Counted from the first letter of the stretch, positions 36,855-49,019 are shown. The stretch: 64,000 bases of DNA from Hydrolagus affinis (GCA_012026655.1 JAAILG010000004.1:62001-126000); one strand, 5' to 3'. A program made the numbers and translations. The notes: generated by a model not told the origin, from the letters alone.

Positions 36855-37057
36855 AAATCCACTTCCATTAGCTCACTCCTTCCCTCGCCTCCTTCAAAGT
36901 TTGTCTCGACCTTCCTCTTCGGCTGCGCGTTTGGCCATCTTTCTCTCACTTGGCCCCCAACCTTTGCTTGGGTACAAACCTCAAGACAGTCCAGCTTCTT
37001 TGGGGGTCCTTCCAATGTGAAAAGTGCTGCATCAATGGAAATTTGTATTGTATTGTA
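36855..37057 (+). mobile_element. L2 3' fragment
   Basis: CCCTCGCCTCCTTCAAAG..CTCTTCGGCTGCGCGTTTGG..GTGAAAAGTGCTG. Confidence 0.7.
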
Positions 37058-37119
37058 TCCCGGATGTTAGAGAGGTGGAGAGGGGTTTAGTGAATCTGGT
37101 ATCATTTCAATGATAGCAA

Positions 37120-37445
37120 GTCTCCATCGTCGGAGATGCTTTCTTTCAAATGAGATATCAAATCCCTTCTGTCTTTGTTTCAGGCTGATATGAAAGATCC
37201 TTCAACATTGTTCAATACACAAACTACAATACTATTCAAATAGAGAAGAGAGTTTTGTCCAGTTTCATGGCCAACAATCCTTCAAATAAATTGATCACAC
37301 TTCACCCCATAATTGTTTGTGCGATGTCTTTGTGTGAAAATTAGCTGCCTGGTTCGCTTACAAAATAGACAGTCAGTAAACTCTACAGTAAAATCCCGTG
37401 GAGAGCTTTGAGACATCCGGATGTGAAAGTGTAAGGATTATTTAT
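37120..37445 (+). mobile_element. Old Deu-domain SINE
   Basis: GTCGGAGATGCT..ATGAGATATCAAA..TTCAGG..GAAAGATCC..TGGCCAACAATCC, then tail. Confidence 0.7.
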
Positions 37446-37711
37446 TTAAAATACTTGTGTGGTGATGGGCGCAGGCTTTTGTTTCCTATCAGAGCCAGGC
37501 ATCCCCGATCCAAGTAAGAGGTGCTCTGTAAGAAAAATGAGAAACAGTTCAAGAGGGGCTAATAAAGAAAATTTGGGTCATAGTGATGTTTGGGGGAATC
37601 AAAGAGTAACGTAGATCAACAACAACAACTTGCATTTATTTAGCGGCTTTCATGTGGGGTAGCATCCAGGAGCACTTCACCATGGCGGAGTCTGACAAGA
37701 TCAGTAACAAA

Positions 37712-37863
37712 ATAATAATAACAATCCCTACATTTGATACGGCTCTTTTCACATCTTCTAGACGTCTCAAAGCGATTCAGAGATTATATGGTAAATCTAA
37801 ATTGACTGTCAATATTGTGCCAATTATGTACAGCGGTGTCCTGCAAACAGTCGCGGATTGAAA
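37712..37863 (-). mobile_element. tRNA-SINE 3' part
   Basis: CACATCTTCTAGACGTCTCAAAGCG..CAAACAGTCGCGGATTG. Confidence 0.75.
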
Positions 37864-38036
37864 TCATAGAATCATCATAGAATCATAGAATTATACGGCA
37901 CAAAAGGAGGCCATTCGGCCCATCTAGTCTGTGCCGGCTCTTTGAACAGAGCAACTCAATCCCACTGCCCATCTTTCTCCCCATAACCTAACAGACCTGC
38001 TCTTCCTAAATAAAGATCTGGTTCCCTTTTAAAAGC
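37864..38036 (-). mobile_element. CR1 3' terminus
   Basis: (CATAGAAT)n..GGAGGCCATTCGGCCCATC..GTGCCGGCTCTTTG. Confidence 0.85.
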
Positions 38037-39678
38037 TGATAATCAAGTAATAAAATAATCAAGTTATTATTGTATTTTTTAAATAATCGACGGGTTTAAA
38101 AGAATGGGTGACATTTTATTTATTACTGTGCGCAAAATTAGCCGTCCCTTTTACCAACAAATCCACAGTAACTCCACATCACAGTAAATCCTGTGCGGGG
38201 TTTAGATATCCTCCCAATGCTGAAGTTCTGTGCCAAAGGCAAGGATTATGATTTTTTTTTATTGCAGATCGCATCGTGGGCTTATAAAACTTAACAGCAT
38301 TGTGGTGAAAGCCGAGTTCCGTTAATGATCCGTTGTGATTTTTGATTGGCAAGGTGGTCTCACCGTGTTGTTGTTTCTCTTGGCGCTGCTTGTGTTATGG
38401 ACTCTTCAGTAACTCTCAGCCTGCCAGTCCAGGGCAATGCAGTCCGGCCACCCCTGCCACCTGCACCTGTCACTTTAACAATCCATCAATGCCACATGTC
38501 CTCCCGGGCTCATAAATAACCCAGCAGCGCAAATATAAAACTCTGCGGCAGCAGCTGTCCGCTGCCATGTTTTTGCTGACTTCAATCAAATTCCCCTTCC
38601 CTCCCTCCCTCCCTGCAAAAATAAAGCTTTCCTGCTTTTTTTTGTGTGACCCACGCTGTAAAATCAACCGTTTATTGGCAACACGAAAAAAAACACACAA
38701 GATATTTCCTCTCTCACAAAATCCTTGGCAAGTTTGTTTTTTGTGAAACATTCCGGGAGACCGCACTGTGATAAGAGGGAATGTTTAAGTTTTTTTTTGT
38801 TGCGGGGGGTGGGGTGGGGATGGGATTCGAAAATAAGTTTTCTGTACAACAACTACGGGATCCAATCATGGTGCAATCATTGCCTTTTGTCAAAGTCGAA
38901 AGCACGATGGCTTGCAAATTGTCTCTACAAAAATATTTATGACCATTTCCACTTGTTTTCCCAATTTATTTAACGTGCGGATGGAGTCACTAAAATACAT
39001 GTTGATTTTGGACGCTTATCAAGGCGGTGTTCCACACATTGGGATTGAAATTTATGCTGCTACTATCATAAGGAGTGCATTTTAAAAACGCATGAGTTTA
39101 ATCAGATGGTTGGCGCAAGTATGATTTTGGACTAACCAGACCTTTTAGAATAGTTAACTTTACCTGCCGGCTAGTGTCATCTTGGGTCAATCAGTAACAT
39201 GCTTGCCTCTGGAGTCAGTTGCTTTGTGCAAACGGCTGACAGATTTGCCTATAACATATACAGTCACTGCACTTTACAGTAAAATCCTGTGAAGCGCTTT
39301 GAGACATCTTGACATTGTAACAAGGCCACTGGAGCGAATGCAAGCATTCCTATTGTTATGATGCCCAATGATTGAGGTGTACACCTGGTTTGCATCATCA
39401 AGACTATTATTAGGAAGCTGCTCTTGTGCTATGTTGGGTAACCGTTCCAAACCACACATGACCCTTTCATAAATGACAAGCATTGAACAAGCAGAAAGCT
39501 CAGCCCTTTCCAAAAGACAAGCCGCAAAAAAGCAGAAAATTAGATTGACTCATAACAAGTATGGACACAATTGCAACCGAGTCCAAGTAAATAAACTATA
39601 GCATTTCATAAACAAAATAGGAATCCAAGTTGCGGTTGTGGAAGAAAATACATCTATTGTTCTACGATTACATCATCC

Positions 39679-39876
39679 ATAATCCCTCAAGAAAGAAAAT
39701 AATAAATTGGTCATTTCAATCCAAGAATATTTGAGGGACACTGCTGTGTGTAATTGGCTGCCACGTTCCGTCTACAAATGTACAGTCAATTCACTTTACA
39801 GTATCTTCTATGAAGCACTTTGAGATGTCTAGAAGACTTGAAAAGCGCTATATCAAATGCAAGGAATATTATTATT
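39679..39876 (+). mobile_element. tRNA-SINE starting at the internal ATAATCC motif
   Basis: Body plus tail GTCTAGAAGACTTGAAAAGCGCTATATCAAATGCAAGG. Confidence 0.85.
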
Positions 39877-40077
39877 TGGGGGATGATTATACCGTCTTTG
39901 CCATGAAGCAAGTCGGTCTATAACTCCAGCTCAATATGAATCCATTGGAAATGACTAGATATTTTAACAGAGTTTGGTAAGATTTTCTCTAGGAGGTGAC
40001 TCTATTGAGCAAACCAATGCACACATCCTAAAACAAATTGGTACTAGCTCTCTAGTAAAACAAATTATTGTAAAAGC

Positions 40078-40513
40078 CTGTTGGTAGCACTCGTGTCTTT
40101 GAGTAGACAGTTGTAGGTTCAAACTCCAAAACCTTGAAGCTCATATTGTCTAAAATGACACGGCGATGCTGTCCTGGGCTTGTGCTGCATTAGCTGAGGT
40201 GGGGTCTTTTGGGTGAGACATTAAGCCAAAGCCCGACGTCTGCCTGTTCAGGTGGATGTTGGATTCCGTGACACTACTTGAAAAGAGAAGGAGATTTCTC
40301 CATTGTCCTGACTGACAATCCCCACCCCACCCCACCCCAAATAGCATTGGTCAATCACTCGATGGAGGTTTGTGGGACATTGCCTTCCTCAAATTGCCTG
40401 CTGACTTCGCCTCCAATCTACACAGTCACTGAACTTTACAGTAAATCCCATGAAGTTGAGATATTCCCCCGATGTTAAAGTGGAGCTGCATTTAATGTAT
40501 GGATTATTATTAT
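40078..40513 (+). mobile_element. Old Deu-domain SINE, near full length
   Basis: TTGGTAGCACTC..GTAGGTTCAAA head; TGCTGCATT..GAGGT..TGAGACATTAAGCC..GTCTGCCTGTTCAGGTGGATG Deu domain; tail. Confidence 0.75.
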
Positions 40514-42084
40514 TTTCCCAAATAAACCAGTTGGCTGGCTGCCTTTCCCTACTCACTCCACACAAGTAAAAAACACCTGTCAGGGCGTGATCAGAACCCT
40601 CAGTACAGAGATCGTTTCTGCGAGGTCTTTGGCCCTAATGCAGGTCATGGCAGCAACAGTGCCAAATCTTGTGATAAAGGCAGGGGCGGGAGGAGAAGAT
40701 TCATTGAAATACTCACCTCTCGGTCCAGGCTTTACGTTGGTTCTGGTTAATTAAACAGGAAAACACTGTAATTGCTGCAGCTGGGTAATGCTTTTTCACA
40801 GAAGCTGGCCGCGAGTGAAAGCCATGAATCACTGAGGATAACTGCAGTGTGATTAAGTGGTGGTCCATGGGAATGCTTAGCAAAATATGGTTCGGCATTA
40901 GCTGGAGAGTCCTATCGGTGCTTTCCTGTTCCATTGACTGCGCGACCCCGTCTTTCCTTCCTGGTACATGGCAAGGCTGGGGACGATTGGAAGGAAAACA
41001 TGTCATCCCTTTATAAGAGGGCAGAGACACACCATTTTGTGGGTTCAAGCTCCACACTTGGACTTGGAACTCATATAGTTCAAACTGGAACTCCAATGCA
41101 GTGTGTGTGTATGTGTGCGTGTGTGTATGTGTGTGTTTGTGCTGTAATATCAGGAGTACGGGCCTTCAAATAAGACATTAAACCAAGATCCTGTTGGCCT
41201 GTTGAGGAGGACATTAAACATTCCCCAAATAAAATTGGTCATTCACTTTGTGGCTGTTTGCAAGATGTTGCCGTGGCACAAATCGGCTGGCTGCCACATC
41301 TGCCTACAAAATACATGTTGTACAGTAAATCCTATGAAGCTTTGAGACATCCTCCTGACGTGACCGGTACTGGATCAAATTCAAGAATTCCTATCATGAT
41401 GAACCGTGCGAGTTGTTGTTCGGTGCTTTTCAGTAAACATTCTGATTCGATGCAAATTGACCATTTTATATGGCGGCTTATCATGTCTCGAGACATCTTG
41501 TGGCACTTCACTAGATTTACTATAAAGTGGTGTAACTGTGTGTATATCTTGTGGGTGAAATAAAAACTGTGTGATCCAATAATGTTATATTGAAGCACTT
41601 TATTGGATGGGATACTTATTGAAAGACACAATCTTTACGAGCTCTTTGCCGCCAGGGGCGATCAGTCTGAAGTAGCACTTGTTCGTTTGACTATCCATAT
41701 ATTTAGGAGCCTTGGAGCACCATGATTCAATCTGCTGTCAGAGGTGTGAATCAGGGAACGGATGAAAGACTGAATTCAGCCCGTGTCAATAGCCAGTGAA
41801 AGGGAATGACAAAACAGATGTAAAATCATGAGTTGCTAGACATGAGGCGTGACAGTGTCTTGGGTGAGACTGGTTGGGGGTTGAGTTGTGTCTGCCCGTT
41901 CTGGTCTGATGTGATTCCCTGCCTATCCTTTATGCTGAGAACCCTTTGAACCCAAAGTGTCTCCTTCAAACCAGTTATCTCACCATGAGTGGGTCGTCCA
42001 GCGACCACGTGTGATCTGAGCACTGGCGCAACGCTTAGGTTTATACACAAAGCACAATGATTTTGATTTACCAATACATTCATC

Positions 42085-42322
42085 CAGGCGTCAGTCTGGC
42101 TCAGTGGACAGCATTCTCATCTCAGAGTCAGCAGGTTGTGGGTTTAAGTTGTATCCCAAAATGCTATTTCTGCTGTGCGCAATTGGCTGCTGCGTTTTGC
42201 CCACAACGTACATTCTGTCAGTTCACTTTACAGTAATACTCTGTGAAGTGCTTCGAAAGCCCTCGATGGCGTCATAAAACTCTATATCAAACGCAAGGAT
42301 TATTATTATTAGTATTATTATT
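42085..42322 (+). mobile_element. Deu-type SINE head joined to the common SINE body and tail
   Basis: GTCTGGCTCAGTGGACAGCATTCTCATCTCAGAGTCAGCAGGTTGTGGGTTTAAG, then GCTGTGCGCAATTGGCTGC and tail. Confidence 0.7.
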
Positions 42323-42346
42323 CTATCTCCCCAAAGGGTTGTACAA

Positions 42347-42585
42347 CGTTAGGGTCTGTTTTGAGCCATGTGTAAAACAATGTGCAAACGCACATCTACA
42401 GGGGGAGTTAGAGCGGCCCTTAATTATGTAATTAATAAGCAAAGGAACAGCTAATTTCACAGTCAATAACGATTAATTATTAGGGATTACTAAATCCTTT
42501 CCATTGGTAATTACGTAATTAAGGGCACCCGCGATTCGCTCTGTAAACAATGCATTTACACATGGCCTACACATAGAGCGTAACG
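42347..42585. repeat. Long degenerate inverted repeat (MITE-like or ancient DNA-transposon-like)
   Basis: Arms at 42347-42446 and 42495-42585; GCCATGTGTAAA/TTTACACATGGC and GCCCTTAATTAYGTAATTA/TAATTACGTAATTAAGGGC. Confidence 0.8.
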
Positions 42586-43319
42586 CCTAAACATTTGAAC
42601 AGAATGTTTATATATTACACTGGAGTGGAATTACATGCATCCTAATACCCAGACTGTATTGATTTCCCACACAAATATTCCCTGTTTAAGTCTGCGGGGG
42701 TTTTTTTAAAGAACTGGCGGACAGACACTGGTTAAGTAACGAGTGTCAAACTGTCCGCCACGGTTCCGTTGCAGTTTTGACAACTGTGAGGAAAAAGAAC
42801 AGGGACATGTTTCAGAACATCTGTATTTTCATTTCAATTAGCAAAAATGCTTTGAGTCAGGAAATGGATCCATTCATTTGCAAGAATAAAATGGTGGGAG
42901 ACAAAATGAATGCATTTGCCTTCTACTTACCTTGTTGACTTAAACTCCCCGAACATGCGTTTACTTGAAATGAATGCGTCAAAATGAATTTGTATCAAGC
43001 ATAGGGTTGCTGCAATATGAATTAATAAGGATCAAAGTAGATTGGCACTTGGATTGGGAGTATTTGCTTCATGAACCTCCTGCTGAATCAACTTACTATT
43101 TTCTTTTTAAATACTTTGTACATTTTTATCCCATTTGTTTAAATACTTTCTTAGTTTTACAGGGACAGGAGGTCCATCTCAAATTTGCCCAGAAGAGAAG
43201 TTTTATACATCAACTTTCACAGTTTTTACTTTATGTGTCAAATAGCGATTATTTCATATCCTTTTAATGACAATCCGTTTGATATTGTGCTACTAACTAC
43301 AAGCCATCTTTGTTAGGTC

Positions 43320-43462
43320 AGAGCATATATTTGTTAGGTTAGGGTATTAAGGGATATGGGGCAAGGGCGGGTAACTGGACTTCAGGTACAGATCAGCCAC
43401 GATCTTATAGAACGACACGACAGGCTCGAGGATCCGAATAGCCTACACATGTTTCTATGTCT
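43320..43462 (+). mobile_element. CR1 3' end (second family)
   Basis: GGGTATTAAGGGATATGGGGCAAGGGCGGG..CAGATCAGCCACGATC..AGGCTCGAGG..GAATAGCCTAC. Confidence 0.7.
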
Positions 43463-43571
43463 CTCCAAGGCATCTCAGCACACTTTACAGGAATTATTGC
43501 TAAATGTAGTGACAAGGTAATTTGTTAGGCGATTGTGGAAGCTGATTCACACACAGCAATAATAATTAATA

Positions 43572-43725
43572 ATCATAGAATCATACAGCACAGAAGAAGA
43601 TTATTCGACCCATCGAGCCTGTGCCAGCTCCAAAAAGAGCTGTCCAACTCAATCCCACTGGCTAGCTTTCTCTCTACAACCCTGCAATCTTGTCCTCCCC
43701 AAATACCCATCTACTTCTCCCTTCG
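43572..43725 (-). mobile_element. CR1 3' terminus
   Basis: ATCATAGAATCATACAGCACAGAAG..TTCGACCCATCGAGCCTGTGCCAGCTC. Confidence 0.8.
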
Positions 43726-43744
43726 CACTTAATGGGAGTGTTTA

Positions 43745-44095
43745 ATCTTCGCGACAGGAGGATGTCTCAAAGCACTTCACAGGAAACACCGTAAAGTGTA
43801 GTGACTGTGTATTTTGTGGACGAACGTAATTTGCAGCCAATTTGCACGTGTCTGACAAACAGCCATGAATTGAATAGTTAATCATATCTGGGACATTGTT
43901 GGCCAAGGCAATGGAAGAAACTCCCATAACTTTTCGTACGGTGCTGTGGTGTCGTGGAATCGCAGCTAACAACTTCCAGGAGAAACTAAGAAAAGTTTCC
44001 AACTTTTAACATGGTTTCCACAGTGGCATCTCTAACATCAACCGGATTACTCAGGTAGGTACAGTACCTGGGTTTAACATGTCACCTGAAGGGAT
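43745..44095 (-). mobile_element. Old Deu-domain SINE
   Basis: Reverse-complement tail, GCAGCCAATTTGCAC, TGTTGGCCAAGG..AAACTCCC, GGGTTTAACATGTCACCTGAAGG. Confidence 0.65.
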
Positions 44096-44603
44096 AATAA
44101 TGCATTTGCAAGATAGACTTGCTTGTATTTGTTGAACAGTTTGTCTCCAAAGAGGTGTGTGGAGGACGTGTTTGCAAGTAGGGTCTTGAAGAGAGGTTAA
44201 TGAAACCGAGTGTCTGGATGCAGAGTCCCTGTTCAGAGAGACGGGTTCATAATAAAGTCAAGAGATGATTCAGAATCAGCTGTGTCTGTTATGCTAGTTC
44301 CTGTTTTCACTGTACCATACAGCGGGAGGTCTAAGTTACATGAGTCACCAACAGAGTCATGACCAGAGAATTTCAGATGTGTTGTTGCCGACCCTCAAGA
44401 ATTCGCTGCAATCAGCGACTGAATGCAATCTTGGGAAGGTCAGTCATAGAGCATTTAGATTTGATACATCACCTTTCAAGTCCCGAAGACGTCTCAAAGC
44501 GCTTCACAGGATTTTATTATAAACTTGAGTGACTGTGTATTGTGCAGATGAACGTTTAGCAGTGAATTTGCCCATGGACACTGGCTCTTCATCCCCCAGA
44601 GCA

Positions 44604-44993
44604 TCAAATTCAAGATCCTTGTCCTCACTTTTCAAGCCTTCCATGGTCTTGCTCGTCCCAACATCTGCGACCTCCTAAAATGTTACCAGCCTGCTCCCTC
44701 CCTCCATTCGGCAGGCACTGGCCAGCTCCATGTCCCCAGCCCTGCCCCAGCACTGGCCAGCTCCATGTCCCCAGCCCTGCCCGCACCACCATCAGCGGTC
44801 GGGACCTCAGGATTGCTGCCAGCACCCTCTGGAAATCCATCCCAGAACCCCTCCACCTCGTTCCCTCCCTTGCCTCCCTCGAGGGCCATTTCAGCACCTC
44901 TTTGATTGGGCCTTTGGTCAATCTCCCAACCCCCAGTTCAGATGCAAATCCTTCAGGGATGTCCGCATGACATGACATTTGTTGCTGTGGTTG
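44604..44993 (+). mobile_element. L2 3' end with ORF2 remnant and a 35-bp internal tandem duplication
   Basis: IKFKILVLTF..TISGRDLRIAASTLWKSIP..SLASL; duplicated unit at 44715-44782. Confidence 0.85.
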
Positions 44994-45611
44994 ATTTTGT
45001 TTAACAGCTCATCGGAGGGTCGGCACTCCAACAATGGAGCAGTTCTGACCCTATATCAGAGTATCAGAGCGTTGGCCTGATTAGTGAGTCCTGATTCAGT
45101 CATTCTCTAGGTCAACTGAGTGGCTGCAAAGACCTGTCTGTGTTGAGGACACAGCAGATGAGATGAACTGTACTCGGTGTAACCAGGTGTAGACAGGAGT
45201 ATGAGCAATGAGCGAGAAAGGGGGCTGAGTGCTACGTTTGAGTCATGGCCTGGGAATCCGGTGTCAACATAATGAAGAGTGAAGGATCTCATTCCTCCCA
45301 TGGTGAAGTCAATCCTGCAGGTCTGTGGCTGGAGTGAGAATCAGATTGGGTCAGCTAATGGTTTCAAGTGATGTTTCTTAATTGATCTCATATGTAGCAG
45401 GTTCAGCTAACAATGCTCGGAGGATTGAGGAAAGATGTGCTGGAAAAGATCTTTTTGAGGGTCCAGGCTTTAAACGCAGTCTTGTATGATGGAGTGGATA
45501 ATTATAAAGTGCTGTGGAATGGAATATATATCTGTCACTCTTTGTTTCTTTTCACTACGTTAGACACACACATACGCACACACTTCAGATCAATACATGT
45601 TGCCCCCATTA

Positions 45612-45826
45612 ATATAATAATAGAATAATAATCCCTGCATTTGCCATAGTGATTTTCACGTCTTCTAGACATCTCAAAGTGCTTCACAGACTATACTGTA
45701 GTATTGAATATACAGACTATGTGAGCGAAACGTGGCAGCCAATTGCGCACAACAGTGTCCCACAAACAATCGTGGATCGAAATGACCAATTCCTTATTTA
45801 TTTTTCTTGAGGGATTATTATCAGGC
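45612..45826 (-). mobile_element. tRNA-SINE, 5'-truncated
   Basis: Reverse-complement tail and body, ending at GGATTATTATCAGGC. Confidence 0.85.
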
Positions 45827-46014
45827 ATTAGCCCACTGTCTGAATCTTGGGGCCTGTGACGAATAAGACTGCAGAGGTAAGTGGACAACACTTGCCAATC
45901 TTGGTAACCGGAGCTTTTGCTCTATTTACTCAGTCTGCAGCAAAACAAGTTGCTTCTCGTGCTTTGCCAAGTCTCGATTTGCCTCCAGTAATATTCAGTT
46001 TTGTCTAGGTGTCG

Positions 46015-46262
46015 AGCTGTCTCAGTCAATAACACTCTCATCTCTGAGTCAGAAAGTTTAGCATTCAAACCCCATGTCAGGTCTTTGACATTAAAAGTCT
46101 AAGGTGCGCAATTCAGTGGGCTGGATACTTCGGATAAGGCATCAAACTGAAGTCCCATATGTGTCTGTTCAGGTGCACAATCCAATAGTGCTACTCAAGG
46201 AGACAAGGCAGCTTCTGTCCCAGTGACCTGGGCAACAAGCCCTCAGGTGAAGCTGATCATTC
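46015..46262 (+). mobile_element. Old Deu-domain SINE, 5' part
   Basis: CTCTCATCTCTGAGTCAGAAAG..TTCAAACCC..TCGGATAAGGCATCAAAC..CTGTTCAGGTG. Confidence 0.65.
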
Positions 46263-46269
46263 GCTCCAT

Positions 46270-46568
46270 AATAATAATTGAATAATCCTTACGTTTGATA
46301 TAACACTTGTCATGTCTTGTAGACATCTCAAAGCGCTTCACAGAAAATACTGTAAAGTGAATTGACTGTATATTTGTGGGCGAATCGTGGCAGCCAATTG
46401 CACACAGCAGTGTCCCACAAACAGTCGTGGACTGAAATGACCTATTTTGTATTATTATTTTTTTGGGGACGGATTATGATTAAGCATGTGGAGTAAGGAA
46501 ACTTGCCCAAGGTTTCGCCCTGACCTGCCTGAATTTCAATGCAGGTCTCATGCTTGTAAGGCGAGTGA
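46270..46568 (-). mobile_element. tRNA-SINE, near full length (TAC loop)
   Basis: GGAGTAAGGAAACTTGCCCAAGGTTTCGCCCTGACCTGCC..CTTGTAAGGCGAGTG. Confidence 0.9.
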
Positions 46569-47474
46569 GCTAAAGAACACCATAGCTGTTCGTGGGGCAT
46601 TGGGAAATGTGGAAGGATATGATCAAATGGACCAAAGAGCCTTCCTCCCTTGATCTTGTGATCTTATGAACCAATGTCCTTACGTCCCAACATAGCATGA
46701 AACTCTCACCCTGCTGCGAGATTCTGCGCTTCCCTTTATCGAACAATTTGTGCAGGTATCTGACTGTGCAAGAGTCCATGTATCAGTCAGCGAAGGCTGC
46801 AAAATTCACCCGCTTACAATTGTGCAAAATTATATTTCATTATATCCTGACGATTGACAAGTAAGTTACACAATTTCAAAGAAGATTCATATCGATGTAC
46901 AATGCAGTGCTCAAACGGATGTTATCCAAAGAGACAGCTATGAACTTACAGACATGTCTGCCAATATTTTCTCGCTTAGATGTCAGTGACTGGTTATGAA
47001 ATAGCTGGAAGATATATTCTCTCGCCCCTACTTCCTGTTGACAGTGTGACATTCAACAACAAATTTTCCAGTGTCTTTCCAGAGCATTCTTCTATTTTCT
47101 TTCTCCCGGCGGATTCTACATTCTTTCTCAAGACTTGGATTGATGGGCTCAATGGCCTTTATCCTTTTACTTTCTTGGAGAACAGAATAGAAAGAGCGAT
47201 GTGTGAATGAGTGGTGGTTCGGTGTTGGGGGTTTCTCAGTTACAGGATCTGTTTCAAGTTCACTCCATGTGCAATGTAAGAGGATTGCAGGTGAAGCCAC
47301 TGGAGTCCATTAAACCAGGCATCCGGCATACGTCTAATTAAACACTAACCAGGCTTGATCCTGTGTTTCTCCTGAATTCCCAGGCATTCCCAGGCTAACA
47401 GCTCAGCGTCTCGGATAATTGAGTCTTTACATCCTCCACTGCACATCGACCTTCTATGCTAACTTGAAGAAAAT

Positions 47475-47720
47475 GTGGTCACTTAATTCACGACTGTTTG
47501 TGCAATTGGCTGCCGTGTTTCGGCGACAACATACGCAGTTAATCCGCTTGGCAGTTAAACACTGCAAAGCGCTTTGAGACGTCTCGAAGGTGTGATAAGG
47601 TGATAAATCAATCAATCGAAATTTACATTTATATAGCGCCTTTCACATCGAGAGGATGTCCCAAGGCTCTGTACAGATATATCAAATGCAAGGATTAATC
47701 TTATCGTTTACTATTATTAT
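47475..47720 (+). mobile_element. tRNA-SINE 3' half with an antisense L2 tail nested at about 47606-47675
   Basis: Tail split between GATAAGGTGATA and GATATATCAAATGCAAGG. Confidence 0.8.
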
Positions 47721-48432
47721 CAAAGTTACTCTTCCTAATCCTCTTAGCCTCCACACTGGTTATTTTAAAATGTTTGAAAGAAAAAAAATCCAATGAGCTG
47801 TAAAAAAAAAGGAAACGGCAATTTGAAGCGAGCTTGATAACCACTCTACCCACAGCTGTAGTTAGCCTGTGTGTTCAATAATCTTTCTGGCATCTTGATC
47901 GGAGCTTAAGCAACCGAATTGCTAAAATAAAGGGTCAAAAGGGCAGAGGTCAACCAGGGCAAGATCACAACATAAACTTGACTTCTCTGGTACGAGCCAG
48001 CACAGGAAGGCGTCTGTACAGTCCAGTCACTTTATTTCCTAACCCGAAAGAGCATCAGCATCAGATTGTTTTTGGGGGGGCATTCCAGCCTCGAGAGGCA
48101 CAACAAGATGCATTAGCGTAAGAAATAGATCACAGAGGGGAGAGAGGGCTTAGCCAGCGCTGTCAACCGTGAAATGTACATTACGCATTAAAGCACTCAT
48201 CTTTCCTGTGTATTTATTCAACTTGTTTAAACAGGATACAACCGACTCAGCTCCGAAGGTGGATTACGTTGCTACCCTTTCTTGAAAGCAGTTGACAGCT
48301 CCCCACCCCACCCATCCCGGATTGTAGACCCATAATACAAGTGCGTTATCATCCAGAGATACATCCGTTGAAACGTCTCATTATTCAGCTCACTGTTTCA
48401 CTCACTTTACCATGGTCTAATCTTACGAACAA

Positions 48433-48557
48433 TGGAGCTCCTGTAGCTCAGTGGTTAAAGCACTCGCCTTACAAGCCTGAGACCCATGTTCGAATTCAGG
48501 CAGATCAGGGTCGAAACCTTGGGCAAGTTTCCTTACTCCACACGCCTAATAACAATC
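48433..48557 (+). mobile_element. tRNA-SINE head only
   Basis: GGAGCTCCTGTAGCTCAGTGG..CCTTACAAG..GTTCGAATTC..CCTAATAACAATC. Confidence 0.9.
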
Positions 48558-49019
48558 TGTCCTGACAGTCACAAAAGATTGTAAGACTTATTATTGAAGC
48601 CTTCCGTACCCCTTGTTTTCTCAGCTGGCCCTGGCTGCGGAACCCCTGCCTCACAGCAGCATGTAATCCAAGAGTGGCATTTGGAATAACAGACCTGCCA
48701 AGATGTAGTAAACAGGCTCGATGGGCTGAATGGCCTCCTGACCCTTTGCTCTTACCATAGAGAACCTCTGGAACAGTTCCAGATCCCGGCGTTGGAAACG
48801 GACACGGAAGCATGTGAAGACTTTAATCATTGGTGGATTTGATTCAATGCTATTCGAGGCGAGAGAACAAACAAACAAAATTACACTTGTATAGAGCCTT
48901 TCATATCAGGAGGACGTCCCAAGGCAACTCAAACGGTTTCATTGGATTTCACTGGACTTGTAAATTGTAAATTGTGATGAATGTTCATTTTGTCGAATTG
49001 GAACGCCACATCCAATTTG

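Noticed and set aside
40717-40742. 26-nt minus-strand microexon (..TAACCAG| .. GAG|GTGAGT)
   Set aside because: The length is not a multiple of 3, and several consensus donors per strand are expected by chance in 64 kb. The same applies to the donor near 42929.
41648-41662. CTCF-like CCGCCAGGGGCG
   Set aside because: It is one G short of the core consensus spacing.
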